DNA of 64,000 nt from Sphaerodactylus townsendi (taxonomy: Eukaryota), in contig NC_059428.1 of the NCBI RefSeq assembly GCF_021028975.2, positions 123,008,001 to 123,072,000 of the forward strand. The letters run 5' to 3'. Position 1 is the stretch's first letter. Each line of letters starts with the position of its first letter. This document shows, one piece after another, positions 24,636-37,196 of the stretch. Under the pieces are notes generated by a model. The model worked only from the letters and a program-made list of their open reading frames with translations, made no database searches and was not told where the DNA came from. The translations under genes and the position numbers were made by a program.

Positions 24636-26339
24636 TCTACTGTGAAACTTTGTGTTTGCTACATCCTAGAAAGGGACTTGCAGCAAGCCAGTGTTTAGGC
24701 TGTGGAAATCTTACGGGTTATTAATCTACTGATCAATTGCTAAGTAGTGTTAAATGATATAGCTTCACTTAAGCAAGTGGACTCTTTTTTTAGTGGAGCT
24801 TTGATGATATCTAATGGTGAATGTTGACATAGTCAGCAATTAGATGTTATATTGAGTTTGACCCTGATAGAGAAATGAGTTATGATGTTGAAATCAGCAA
24901 TGTAAATAAAAGGAGATAAAGAAGAAATGTTGGGACTCACTTTTTCTACCCTCCTTCTATCCCAGTTTATTCCACACCCATATGGAGAATTACGTTATTT
25001 TGTCAGAATGGTGCTTGAAAATGTTTTCTTAACATACCGCAGTAGGTTGATAACTACTATCTTAATGGAGTCTTGTTCAGTCCCATGTCAGGGCATATTG
25101 TTATCTACATGAATTCAAGTGGAAAAAAATTAATATCTTTAAATTGGGTCATGATAAGCTGCCCTCTTTCTTAGATCTCTGTAGAGTTGTTGTTAGGACT
25201 CTAGGTTTCTTGTTTCTCGTTGTTTGTAAGGTTAGTAAATATCTTTTCCAAACATATAAAACAGGCAAAGGTATCGGAACATTTTTATTTTTAAACTTGT
25301 GATCCACTCATCAGCACATCTGTGTTACAATTACGGCACAAAAGGGCATTTGTGTTCTTTTGAACGTTGTTAATAACTCCAGTCAGGCTTCTTAGTAGCT
25401 AAACATTGGAATGCACCACTCTGAAGCAACAGAAACACACACATGAACTTTGCAGAAGAGTTCATGTGTTTGGTGCAAGAGAAGGTTGTTGCAATTCAGC
25501 TGGAAGGCAAGAAGGTCTTCATTCACTGTTTTCATTCATGCATATACATTTCGTGTGTGATTTCCCCCTAAAATCCCTCAGTGAGCTCTTGAAGCTCTGT
25601 GGTGGGATGTTATGGGAAGAGGAATCCAACCATTTGTCATGCTGAGAGCTTCTGAGCATTAGGGTTCCCAAAACTGCCTCAGCAAATTCTAGGAGGTGGG
25701 GGGGGGGGAATGCCTGGAGGGCAGAGTTTGGGGAAGGTGTGATGACCTTTATCATAGAGACTTGGGGAAATTGCTAGAGAGTCTCTATGTGAAGGGTATT
25801 TTCCTCCTTTCCCTCAACTGGCTGGTAATTTGTTGTTCCAAATAGGTGAAAAAGGAGGCTGGCTGAGCATCCTCAGTATCCATCAGCAGAAAGAAAATCC
25901 AGCTGTGACTTGACAGCAAAAAAAAAAAGTTAAAGGCAAAAGTGAATTCATGGAAGGGGAAATATGAAAGATTGAAAGGAATTTGTTTGCTTACTTCCAA
26001 TTGGGTATTCTATAGTAAAGTGGAGGGGGATTGGAGCACTTGAAAAGCTGTTTATAAATACAATAAATAAAAATTAGCACAAGTAGCTTGAGTTGAGAAG
26101 AGGAAAGCAATGTTAATTTGTTTTAATAGACATTTAATGTGTAGAAATGGGTAGCTGAAACCTTCTCAGGCACAGAGGTGAGTAATATCCCTTAAAGGGA
26201 AAGGACTTCTTCTTTTTTTGCCCTCCAGACAGTTGGTGACCCTTTTAGCAGCATTAATTATGGTGGTTAAGTGGACCTTTGATGTGAGACCTGTATCAAG
26301 CAAGGGCAAAGATATAAGAGGTTTTCATGCAAGTATCCT

Positions 26340-26542
26340 GCCCTGGATGGCCCAGAGTAGCCTGATTTTTTCAGATCTTGGAAGCTAAGCAGGGTTGACT
26401 CAGGTTGGAATTTAGATGGGAGTCCACCAGGGAAGTCCAGGATTGCTACACAGAGGCAGGCAGTGGCAAACCACTGCTGAACATCTCTTGCCTTGAAAAT
26501 GCCATAGATTGCCATAAGCTGAATGTGACTTGATGACACTTT
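26340..26542 (+). mobile_element. 5S-Sauria-type SINE
   Basis: gcctgat..cagatcttggaagctaagcagggtt...gatgggagtccaccaggga, then the Sauria tail. Confidence 0.8.
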
Positions 26543-26591
26543 CTGCCTCCCCTCCCCCCGATATCTGTGCATCCATCTGGACCTTCTTGAA

Positions 26592-26726
26592 TAGGTGTCA
26601 AACTCGCGGCCCTTCAGATGTTATGGACTACAGTTCCCACCATCCCCTGCCAGAATTAGCCATGCGGGCAGGGGATGATGGGAAATGTAGTCCATAACAT
26701 CTGGAGGGCCGCAAGTTTGACACCTG
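26592..26726. mobile_element. Palindromic hAT-type MITE
   Basis: aggtgtcaaactcgcggccc...gggccgcaagtttgacacctg. Confidence 0.75.
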
Positions 26727-27160
26727 TGATAGATCTGCTAACTGCTGATATCTCTTATGTGATCAAGAATTCTAGTTGCTCATGCAGGACTTTTCAGTCA
26801 GCTTCATCTACTCTTTAACCTTGGCCTGGGGTAAGGTGGCTGTGAAGACTGCAGACTGGGAGAATTTTAGGGGCTTTCCAAAAGCCAACCACTACCCAGA
26901 ATGGTAGGGTGCAATGGCATTCTTCCTCAGACAGTTTTAAAATATGCTGCTGTAAAAAATCAACTTGTGCTTCTCTGTAGGCACTGGAAACCTGTCTCCT
27001 GCCTATCCACCCAATTTGGAATCTCAAGATGCTGAACATTTAAAAAGACATTAAAATGCACCAAATGCACTATATAAAATAGAGGTTAACAGGACTAACT
27101 TCGACTATTCTATGGCTTGACATGCATATTCTGTTTGACCTCACAACCACCCTATGATGT

Positions 27161-27413
27161 AGAAGAAGAAGAGGAGTTTGGATTTATACCCCACTTTCCT
27201 CAACCATAAGGTGTCTCAGAGTGGCTTACAGAGTCCTTCTCTTCCCCTCCGCGCAACAGACACCTTGCGAGGTAGGTGCGGCTGAGAGAGTTCTGAAAGA
27301 ACTGCTACTGGGCCAAGATCACCCAGCAGTCTTTATGTGGAGGAGTGGGGAAACAAATCCAGTTCACCATATTAGATCCTGTTGCTCTTAACCTCTAAAC
27401 CATGCTGTCTCTC
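27161..27413 (-). mobile_element. Squam3-like SINE
   Basis: (gaa)n gagtttggatttataccc tail; taaaccatgctg head on the minus strand. Confidence 0.75.
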
Positions 27414-27548
27414 TCTTTGAGGGTGAGAGAGAGACTCTGTGGCACCCAGCATATTTCCTGGCCTGATCCTGGTGTTCCTGCAACTCCTGAGACCACCTGC
27501 TTCTCCTCTTGACTGGCAGGAGATTGTAACCTGAAAGTGCTTTTGACA

Positions 27549-28299
27549 TAAGGTTGCTAGGGTCTGGAGATCTGGAATTGCGTCTGACCACCAGACTAAA
27601 GAGATCAGTTCTGCTGGAGGAAATGGCTGCTTTGGAGGGTGGAGCACTGTGGCACTGTGCCCCTCTGAGGTCCCTCCCCTCCACAGACCCTGCCTGTTCT
27701 GCCCCCCAAGTGAATCTGTCTTTGGTGCCCTGTACTTGGCTAGGACAGAGTGGAGGAAGACACAAGCCAGGTTCAACAGTTATTACAATAGGTTTATTAC
27801 TTGCGAGAAACAAGACCCTAACTCCTCCCTTGGGTCTATCTAAGTCAGAGTACTTGCTTGTTTTGAGCAGGTTTGAAGCTGTAGACGGTGTCTTCTCTTG
27901 GTTGCTTTCAAAAAAGTCCACTGTGTCTTGCTTCCTTTCAGTTCTTTCAGTCTTTGTCATGACTGTTAAACTTAATTTGTGCTGTAAGGACCACCATATA
28001 ATAATATAATATTCTGATCTCCAACTTCCCTTAGCACCTCACTCTGACTGACTGGCTAGATTCAGAACTAAAACAGGGGGTTGCTGGGTAAAGAAAGGGA
28101 AATGTCTTAAAGGGACAGGGGCTAATTAAAATACCCTCCCTTAGAAGACTTAACAAAGAACTAAAACCATGCTAACTATGGGGAAACTAAACCTTAATGG
28201 GGAAATAACAAAAGCCTCTGTGGGGGCATGACGCTGCCTTTCCCCAGATCCCACCCCCACCATCTCCAGGTATTTCTAAACCCAGAGGTGGCAACTCTA
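27549..28299. mobile_element. TAGGGTTGCCA-type hAT MITE hosting a solo LTR
   Basis: Termini taaggttgc / tggcaactcta; the host sequence is contiguous once 27695-28233 is removed. Confidence 0.65.
27695..28233 (-). mobile_element. Solo LTR
   Basis: 5-bp TSD ctgcc (27690-27694, 28234-28238); inverted termini tgttctgcccc / ggggcatgac; AATAAA on the minus strand (tttatt near 27793). Confidence 0.75.
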
Positions 28300-28399
28300 A
28301 TTTGGCAGAGTGGAATGGGATCATGCCAGATTGTAGGCAGCTATGGAGAAAGAGAGAGGGATTTTAGAGAATTGAAGCAGCTATCTAATCAGCATTAGC

Positions 28400-29600
28400 C
28401 ATAAGGAGCTTGAAAGGGAGGAAAATAGCGATGGGGCAGAAGAGGTAAGCGTAAGTACTTGCGCAAAGCTCGCAACTTTGGGCACTTCTGTAGCATTTTC
28501 TGTGGACCTGCAGAAGCAGATAAACAGTGCCAATTGTGCTCTTTAAAAAAAAGAGTTTGCATGCAGCCGTTGTTGCCGTGTAATCCGCTCCTCGGAGAGA
28601 ATTTGACCGAGGGGAGGAGGTCTTTGCATTTTTGTCTGCTCCCCCCCCCCCATCTTGATTTGAAGGGGTGTGTGTGTGCGATTATGTCATCGAAAGGACA
28701 GAATCCTTCCAGTTCGGCTCTCTGCACTGCAGCGACAGCAGCTCGCCCTGGAGACGGTCCAGTGCGAACGCTTTTTTTACATCAGGGATGGAGAAAAGCG
28801 ACCCGCACAAAGCGCAGTGTTGACAAATTAACGAGAGGGCGCAGGCTGTTATACTTCACTTAAAAGAGAAAGAAGACTAGTTATCCATTTATGACGTCGT
28901 TAATAGCATGCAAATCCTAATGCTTTTTTTTAAAAAAAGAAAAAGCTTTAGTGACAGTATCAAGTACCAGGAGCGACTGACATGGTACTTAGCTAGCTCT
29001 GTATTGCTGAATATGTAATAAATGAAATAAGCTACTTTTTGACTCGCTCTGGCTCATGAAAAGTCCATTGAAAGAGGTTAAATGGCTTTGTGTGCCACTG
29101 CCTCCCCCTTCCCCCGAGCTTCCTTTTTGGCTGATGCATTTGCTGCTTGTGTAACAAAACCTCTCAGCGCCATCAACTTGCCTTCGCATTTTTGCCATGG
29201 TTCAAGTGTTCCCTGTCATTTCCCCCCCCCCCCCTTAATGGTTTGGGTTTTGCGGTTCTGCTTGTTGGCATTTCAGCTCGGTGTTTATGGACTCTGGGAG
29301 CGCGCCGAGGGAGCTTATGGGGGGCCGCACTTGAAACAAAAGCTTCCCTAATTTTGGGATAATTTGCTCAGCAGCTGCGGTGCTCTGAAATGAAACCCGG
29401 AAATGTTCAAAGAGTGCATAGAAATTTCGAGTGCTTCCTCTCCCCCCCCCCCCCCCCCCCACCTCCGGAACACATGAAGAGCAAAAGAATTTTCTCAAGT
29501 GAAACAGGATGGGAAAGATCCAACTGGGAGACTTCCAATTGTGGCTGTGGACTGAATGTCAAGATTGTTTGGTTTTTACACTTTTTAATTGATTAGAAGG
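28400..29600. promoter_or_regulatory. Candidate intronic enhancer or alternative promoter
   Basis: Repeat-free and CpG-retaining; C/EBP palindrome TTGCGCAA 28459-28466, FOX-like ATAAACA ~28520, CRE-like ATGACGTC 28891, octamer ATGCAAAT 28908-28915. Confidence 0.5.
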
Positions 29601-30265
29601 GTCTCCACCCAGTTCATCTGTTGGCAGGTAATGGGTTGAATCCTTTCCAATAGGAACTTCCTCTTGCTCAAGTTGTCTTTGTATGCAAGGGCCACTTGCA
29701 TTGGGGAAGGGTATAGGGTTGCTAAATTTCCCTTCTCCTTCCGGGAATTGGGGAGGGGAATAAGGAAAAAGCTGCCATCGCATCATTGGCATGGTGTCGT
29801 TTCTAGGCTGACTGTGACAATGTTTTCATGCTCCTCTAGGATTCAGCTGAAACTCTGTGGTGAACCGTAGAGTTTCTGCTGAATCCTAGAGTGGGACAGC
29901 ATCATTTGTGAGTTCAACGTGGAAATGATGTCATGCTTTCGATATGACTGCTCCTCTTCATCTCTCTGCTGGCTAGCAAACACAGGGAGGCACCTAATGC
30001 TGGAGAAAGATGCTACCATTAGTGGAGCAATTCCACAGGATCCAGCCCTTTAGTATTTTAACAAGTATTTCAGTTGCCAAATCATATTAGCAATTGCTTC
30101 TGTTTTGGAAGAGGGAGTTTGCCTTCTGTGTTTCAAAGGTTGGAATGCCTCTTTTTATAATTTATTCCTGTAGCATTTCTTATCTTGCCTCTTCCTCCAT
30201 TGAGTTCAGAAATGAGTTCCCTCAAAGCAACAAGTTCAGAGAGAATTTACCCTCAAAATAACTAT

Positions 30266-30407
30266 GGCCCCTTCCGCACACGCAAAATAATGTGTTTTCA
30301 AACCACTTTCACAACTGTTTGCAACTTGGATTTTGCCATTCCGCACAGCTTCAAAGAGCATTGAAAGCAGTTTGAAGGTGCATTATTCTGCATGTGCGGA
30401 ATGAGCC
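30266..30407. mobile_element. Palindromic PIF/Harbinger-type MITE
   Basis: Related to 17109; TSD TAT. Confidence 0.7.
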
Positions 30408-30408
30408 T

Positions 30409-31053
30409 ATTTTATTTTTATTTATTTATTTATTAGATTTTTATACCGCCCTATCCCCGAGGGGCTCCGAGCGGTGTTCAACAATAAACATAATATAACA
30501 TAAAGTGGCTAAATCTTTAAAAGCAGTGATAAAACAGTAAAAGCTAAATCTTATAAATACAATACAATAGAATACAATAAAAATACAATAATAAATATAA
30601 ATGGCGTCCAGCAGCTCCATATTCAAAATCCTCTCCCCAAGAGGAAGGAATGGCAGGTCCCAGATGTAGAGGGCCATGAGGTAGAGGGCCATGAAAGGGG
30701 GGGAGGGGGCACCATCAGCGGCCGGTTCCTCCAAAGGCCCGGCGGAACAGCTCCGTCTTACAGGCCCTGCGGAACTCACCAAGGTCCCGCAGGGCCCGGA
30801 CAGTTGGAGGAAGAGCATTCCACCAGGCCGGGGCCAGAGCCTTGAAGGCCCTGGTCCGTGTGGAGGCTAGCCGCATCACCAAGGGGCCAGGGACCACTAG
30901 TAGATTGGCCTCAACTGATCGAAGAGGCCGTACAGGGACATATGGGGTGATGCGGTCTCAAAGATACGATGGTCCCAGGCCACGTAAGGCCTTAAAGGTC
31001 AACACCAACACCTTGAAGATGATCCGGAACTCTACTGGGAGCCAATGCAGCTG
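30409..31053 (-). mobile_element. L2-clade LINE 3' end (relatively young)
   Basis: Minus-strand translation LHWLPVEFRIIFKVLVLTFKAL...RAFKALAPAWWNALP...FRRACKTELFRRAF; (AAAT)n tail; CpGs retained. Confidence 0.85.
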
Positions 31054-31197
31054 ACGCTATGTGAGGCAGACTAGAGATTTTTGTTGAAACCACAGCTGAA
31101 GACCACATATTATATTATTATAATATTAAATTAATATTATAGAAGTCCCAAGAATACTATTGGAGTTCACTTGCACCTCCTCCATTAGTTCTGTCAC

Positions 31198-31410
31198 AAG
31201 AAGAAGCAGTGTTTGGATGTATACCATTCCTTTCTCTCCTGTAAGGAGACTCAAGGTGGCTTACAAACTCCTTTCCCTTCCTCTTTCCATAACAGATGCC
31301 TTGTGAGGTATGTGAGGCTGAGAGAGTTCTGAGAGAACTATGACTAGCTCAAGGTTATCTGTCAGGCATCATGTGGAGGAACTGGGAAACAAATCCAGTT
31401 CACCGAATGA
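31198..31410 (-). mobile_element. Squam3-like SINE, 5'-truncated
   Basis: gaagaag..tttggatgtatacc...ggagactcaaggtggcttacaaactcc. Confidence 0.7.
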
Positions 31411-33089
31411 CCTATGGTAACTCACCTGATATGACAGCTCACCCGAAGCCACCTAGTGAAGTCATGACCTATCACGACCTTCTAAGGTTAGGGACTGGCT
31501 ATTATTATCTATAAGGCATTATCCCTCCCCTTAGCACTTATATAGAAGAATTATTTATTCAAAGGAGATTTTATTGATCAAATCATTAAGTTGTTGCTTG
31601 GATCTGGAGTCTTGCTTAGGAGGGGGATATTTATTGTTTTCTTAACTATTTAGGAGGTATATAAAATACAGAGTATAAAGCAAGGCACCCACTCCTAGGT
31701 AGCTTATTTGCATTTTGTTTGGATTAGCATTGAACTTTTTGCAGGAGACGTGCTGTGTGGCCCACTAGGGAGATTCCTCAGTTGGCTCTTGGGAGGGTAT
31801 TGCCTGCTTTGGAAACCTGACTCCCACCCCGAACTCAGTGTGGCAAAAATAGAACTCGGCAGAGTTCCTGCTTGAATTTATTCTGAAGTCATTGCAGAAG
31901 ATGCCCGGGCTTCAACCTGATTTAGCAGTGGGAACCCTGAGACAGGAAGTTCCCCTGTTTACAAGAAGACGGGTAACCACAACAAAACCGAAAGATTTCA
32001 TTGCAACTTTTGTTATGATGAGCAAGCTAAGAACAGTTTAATGGTTCCTTTAGAAAGTGGTGGGAAATAGTTTAAACAATAATTGAAATAGACAACTACT
32101 GTAATGACTTTGTGATCAAAAACTCTGTGATTCTACTCACAGTTCTTATCTGTCTTTATTCATAACAGTTATTGTCTCCTCCAAAATTTTGATAGGAATG
32201 TGATGATGAATTGAAATTGAGATATCAGCATCCTTTTGTATTTGAAATTTTTGAACAATATAATCACTTACTTTCAGCAGAGTCTACTTTCTGTCTTTCT
32301 GCATGTCATTGACAAATAGTACTTCCTGATTTGGAAGGAGGGAGCCCAGAGCAGTGACTCATGCAGAGGTGCAACTGGCAGCCTCTCCAAAAGTCTGGTA
32401 TTTTGGAATTGTTGGGACTGACTAAAGGACATGAATGTGTTTGTTACAGCAAGAATGTCTCACCTGTAGTGGAGGCTGACTGGCAGGGTCAGAGCAGTGA
32501 CTTATGCAGAGTTGCAGTCGTCTGCTTCCTCTGGATGGATTCTATGAGCTCGCAGAAGCTTGTATTATTTATTGTACTTCTCATAGTATATTAGTGTTTT
32601 TCAACGAGACAATTTCTAGCATGTCTTAGCATACCACCTGGGAATTATTGATCATTTATAAAGCATGGCAAAAGCAAAACATGGCTTAATGTAGTGTAAT
32701 GGGATACCACTTTTAGGATTTCTTGTATTTCTGTAAAGTAGTCTTTTTATTCTTCAGCCATATAAACATGACGTTGGCCCTACGCAGCCTAATAAAGGGT
32801 TTTGCAACTGGAATCCCAAGGTCTCCTGGCATCTAGGAGCTGCCCATTTTGCCTCCAGCTTTTCATCCTGGAAATGCAATCTTGAAGAGAATGGGCCAAT
32901 GGGTTCTTTGCTCCCTATGGCAACAGCACCTCTGTATTATGCACCTTGGCTGTTCAATCGGGTGCTTAGTCTTCTTCTCACCCAGGAATGGAGGCTCTGT
33001 AGGTGATATCATTGATATCTGTGTGCTGTTCCAAGAACCGAGGACAAGCCTTGTAATACAGAGCAGCTGATGTGCACAAGAAGAAAACC

Positions 33090-33357
33090 CAAGTAGTTTA
33101 AGAGCGGTGGTCTCTAATCTGGAGAACCAGGTTTGACTCTCCACTCCTCCACATGAGTGGTGGACTCTTATCTGGTGTTTCCTCTACATGATGCCTTCTG
33201 GGTGACCTTAGGCTAGTCACAGTTCTCTCCAAATTCTCCCAGCCCCACCTACCTCACAAGGTGACTGTTGTAGAGAGCAGAAGGGATAGGAGTTTGTAAG
33301 CCACCTTGAGTGTCCTTACAGGAGAGAAGGGGGTATACATTAAAACTCTTCTTCTTC
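33090..33357 (+). mobile_element. Squam3-like SINE
   Basis: tctaatctggagaaccaggtttga...aaactcttcttcttct. Confidence 0.8.
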
Positions 33358-33436
33358 TGCCCAAAGATTCCATTGCTGTTCACCCTAGGGCGCAAGAGGT
33401 TAAAGATCCCTTTGACTATCTTGACTGTGAGCTAAT

Positions 33437-34545
33437 AAGAAATTGAACAAGTCAAGAAATACAAATACTTAGGTATTTTGTTCACTTATAATCTTTCTTG
33501 GACAGCCCATGTCAAAACGGCATCAGTAAAAGCCACTCCAACTGTAAACGCTTTAGTGAATTTCTTTTACACCAAAGGACACCAATACATTCCAGCAGTA
33601 ATCAAGGCATTCAATGCAAAAGTAGTTCCGCAGCTACTCTATGGCTTTCCAGTCCTTTTCTTAGCCCAAAACACCAGTCTAAACACTCTACACTCTAAAT
33701 TTCTGCATAGGATTATGGGTTTCCCCAACTAGCGTGTCTTATGCATACGCATTGAACTAGGCCTATGTTCCTTAACTACCTTGGCTTGGATTAGAGCAAC
33801 TATATACTGGTTAAAAATCCACCATCATTCCAAGCCAGGCAGTTTCACATGCTTACTGCTCTCTGAACTTAACACTTCAAACTGGCATGATAAAATAGTT
33901 GATAAGATTACAGAAATTGGCATATCTATGGATGAAATATCAATGTTATCTTATTTAGAGGCAAAAAAAATTGTTAAAAGAAAAATTCCTTGAATGGGAT
34001 TATCAAAGATCTTTAATAGCAGCAAATTCAACTTGCTCACCTCTAAATCAATCACTAGTTGAAGCAAAGGGTTGTATGTCTCATTATTTACTTTATATGA
34101 TTAATTTTAGATTGGGGCGTGCATTCTCTTTATGGTCAATATTTTGCCATCTGCTCTACTTTCGAGAAGTCGATTCAAAAAAAATACCAAAGATCGAAAG
34201 ATTATGCCCTTGCAACAGCATACAAGTAGAAACACTAGAGCATATCATGTTTCACTGTCCAAATAGGGAATGCTTAAGGTATAAGTATCGACCATTGTTT
34301 ACATCTTTTAATGTAGATATGACAGATGATCAAAGGATAAAGTATTTCCTGGATGGATCAAATCAGGATTTTTCTGAATTAGTTGCCAAGTTTCTGTTGG
34401 ATATTATTGGCACATCTGCTAAGGGAGATTTTTATATTAAATGATGGTTATTTGAGTTGTAACTATGTTATTCTGGTTGTAAAACGTTTTTGGTTACAAA
34501 TTGTTTTACTGTATGATGCCAATAAAGGCTTTGTGTGTGTGTGTG
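33437..34545 (+). mobile_element. 5'-truncated RTE-X-like LINE (RT C-terminus + CCHC region), frameshifted
   Basis: 15-bp TSD tgactgtgagctaat (33422-33436, 34546-34560); IEQVKKYKYLGI, PQLLYG and ERLCPC..ETLEHIMFHCP motifs; gccaataaaggctt(tg)n end. Confidence 0.85.
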
Positions 34546-35714
34546 TGACTGTGAGCTAATGTTGCTTGTCCATACCTGCTTCAAACCAAGCTTTGTCTCC
34601 TATTAAAACTTGGTGGTGAAATGCATCCCAAAGATCTTTTGATTGGAGTATCGGCTAATGGTGGCTCCAGTCTTATACTTCATCTTTTAATGCATGTAAG
34701 CATTGAGTATTATATTTCTGGCTCTGCACCGGGAAATCAAAATGAAGACAGCACAGAACAAGCCACGGATTTGGGCGGAACAACATTTTTGCGGCCTTTT
34801 GGAATGCAAAACAAATCCACTGCAAATGCAAAAGAGCTTGGTGTTCAGATTGAGTCAACTGATCTGTTAGGCAGCCTTCTGGACCATAGTTCATTGGTTT
34901 TTGAAAAGAACATATTCTGCCTTTGGTTTACAGTGGAGGTCTGTAGACATTCTGCACACGGGTCAAGGGGAGAATATGGCCCCAAGTCATACATCTGCTG
35001 CAGAGGAAACAGCCTGCATTTGAGCATGAATTTGCTTCCTGCCCCTTCCCCCATGCAAAAAAAGGATTATTCTGTGTGGGTAATAATATGTCACAGAGGG
35101 TCATAGATTTTGGTTTATGTTGGCGTGGAGCAGTAAATGATTATCAGCGTCTGCTGGAGTCACTTAGGTTGCAAAATGCATTGGGAGAATTCTGGGCTGA
35201 GTGGAATGCCTTGTAGCAATATTTTCAAAGCTCAGTCACTTGCTTCCGTTACTTCAGTTCACTGCTTCTGCTGTAATTTGTAAGGCATGTCTCTCAGGTG
35301 ACCCCTGTTTTCATTGCTTATTTTTATAATTGCCAAGTCCCAGTCTGCTGCTCCTTCATAAACCACTTCCCTGTGGGCCAACCTCGTGGTATAAGGTGGA
35401 CAGTGCTTGTGGAGCCAGCGGCACATCAACCATTTTGTTTGACATGCAGGGACAGATCTGCCCACTGGCTGTGGCTGGAAGTGCAATGGAAGGAAACAGG
35501 AAGGAAACCATCATCCCCCCCCCTCCCCCAGATTCACAGCTTCTATCTGAGTCCAGGGAAAAACCTGGAGATGTTGGCTGTGCTGCGGATACTCAGCTTG
35601 ATTCAAGCATGTCTTCAAGTACAACCCGCCTCTCCCCCTTCCTTATTTTAGTTTGCTGGCACATCTACATCTTGCTTTGTTTCTTCATGGTGGTGGTAGG
35701 AAGTTGCATCTGTT

Positions 35715-35896
35715 TTATGGTGAATCCATGGTTTTCCAAGACAAGGGACATTCAGAGGGGGCTTACCATTGCCTTCCTTTGCATAGTAGGCCCCTTCTTC
35801 CTTGGTGACTTCCCATCCAAATATGACCAGGACCAACACTGCTTAGCTTCCGGGCTCTGACCAGATCAGGCTAGCCTGGGTTGGCCAGGTCAGGGC
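35715..35896 (-). mobile_element. 5S-Sauria-type SINE
   Basis: ctcccatccaaatatgaccagg...gcttagcttccgggctctgaccagatcaggc. Confidence 0.7.
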
Positions 35897-35944
35897 TTTT
35901 AGGGTGTTCGGGCCAAAACAATTAGAGGAGGAGGAATTTATACC

Positions 35945-36165
35945 CTTGGGTGCTGTGTGGTTTCCGGGCTGTATGGCCGTGTTCTAGCAGCATTCTCTCC
36001 TGACGTTTCGCCTGCATCTGTGGCTGGCATCTTCAGAGGATCCCTGAAGATGCCAGCCACAGATGCAGGCGAAATGTCAGGAGAGAATGCTGCTAGAACA
36101 CGGCCATACAGCCCGGAAACCACACAGCACCCAAGTGATTCTGGCCGTGAAAGCCTTCGACAATA
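35945..36165. mobile_element. Penelope-like element remnant: inverted pseudo-LTR hairpin inserted in a Squam3-like SINE tail
   Basis: 92-bp arms at 35945-36036 and 36044-36135; terminus gccgtgaaagccttcgacaata; flanking duplication aatttataccct (35935-35946, 36166-36177). Confidence 0.85.
35999..36039 (-). ncRNA. Minimal type I hammerhead ribozyme motif (Penelope-type), intact
   Basis: Minus strand CCU-CUGAAGA-U-GCC(agccacagaugca)GGC-GAAA-CG-UC-AGG: CUGANGA/GAAA core, stem I CCU/AGG, stem II GCC/GGC, palindromic ACGU helix III, GUC cleavage triplet. Confidence 0.7.
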
Positions 36166-36445
36166 AATTTATACCCTGTTTTTCTCAACTGCAAGGAATC
36201 TCAAAGAGGCTTACAATCACCATCCCTTTCCCTCCTCCGCAACAGACACCTTGTGAGGTAGGTGGGACTGAGAGAGTTCTGAGAGAACAGTGATTGGCCC
36301 AAGGTCACCCAGCACATTTCATGTGGAGAAGTGGAGAAACAAACCCAGTTCACCAGATTAGAGTTGCCTGCTCATGTGGAGGAGTAGGGATTCAAACCTG
36401 GTTCTCCTGGTATGAGTCCCCTGCTCTTAACCACTGCACCGCACC
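36166..36445 (-). mobile_element. Squam3-like SINE (host of the Penelope insert)
   Basis: ataccctgtttttctc...ctcttaaccactgcacc; its (gag)n tail lies left of the insert at ~35925. Confidence 0.75.
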
Positions 36446-37196
36446 TACCTGCGTTCCCCATACTCAATTTCTGAGGCCAGTTTGTCAGTGTGGGTTCTTT
36501 TTCATTAGTTGGACAGCCCCCGCACTTAGGCATGCATATTGAAGTACACATGCACATGAGCTCCTGCAGTAACAGCAGCCTGAAAAGCACACATGAACAC
36601 ACAAGCAGCTGCCTTATACTGAGTCAGACCATTGGTCCAGCAAGGTCAGTGTTGTCTGCTTGAATTGGCAGCAGTTCTCCTGGGTCTCAGGCAGAGGTCT
36701 TTCACATCACCTGTCACCTAACCCTTCTAACTGGAGATTCTAGAGGTTGATCCTGGAATGTTTTGTATGCAAAGTGAAGATTCTTCTGCTGAACCACAGC
36801 CCTTCCCCAAAGGTCAGCAGTTTGTCCTCCTGATGGGGCAGGAGGACATCTTGTATGGGGTGAGAACCAATTGGCCATGCTGACAGAGGCTGATGGGAAT
36901 TGTAGTTCCTGAACATCTGGAGAGCCGCAGGTTCCCTACCCCTGTTCTAGATCCTGACTGTGTAACACCCACAATTCTATCCTGACTTTGCAACACACAC
37001 AACACACACAACACACACAATTCTGGCCAAGGGTCAGATGCATAGGGTTGTTTCCAAGGCAAAAAGATGTAAAGCTATTAGTGCACTGGGATTGCAGCCC
37101 TGTGCTTGCAGATCTAGGGAGTAAGTCCTTTAACATTTTGGGGGCCACACAACTGCATCTCTCCTTATTGCCTTCAAAGACCCTGCCGTGGAATTT

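Noticed and set aside
26340-26450. 5S rRNA-like sequences as real 5S genes (also 13262, 21676, 62338)
   Set aside because: Diverged, lack the 5S 5' end and terminator, and are always fused to a Sauria-type tail, so they are SINEs.
34621-35106. 161-aa ATG ORF
   Set aside because: No recognisable homology or supporting splice signals; an ORF of this length can arise by chance.
35938-36166. Near-identical peptides on both strands (MVSGLYGRVLAAFSPD...)
   Set aside because: A trivial consequence of the DNA palindrome.
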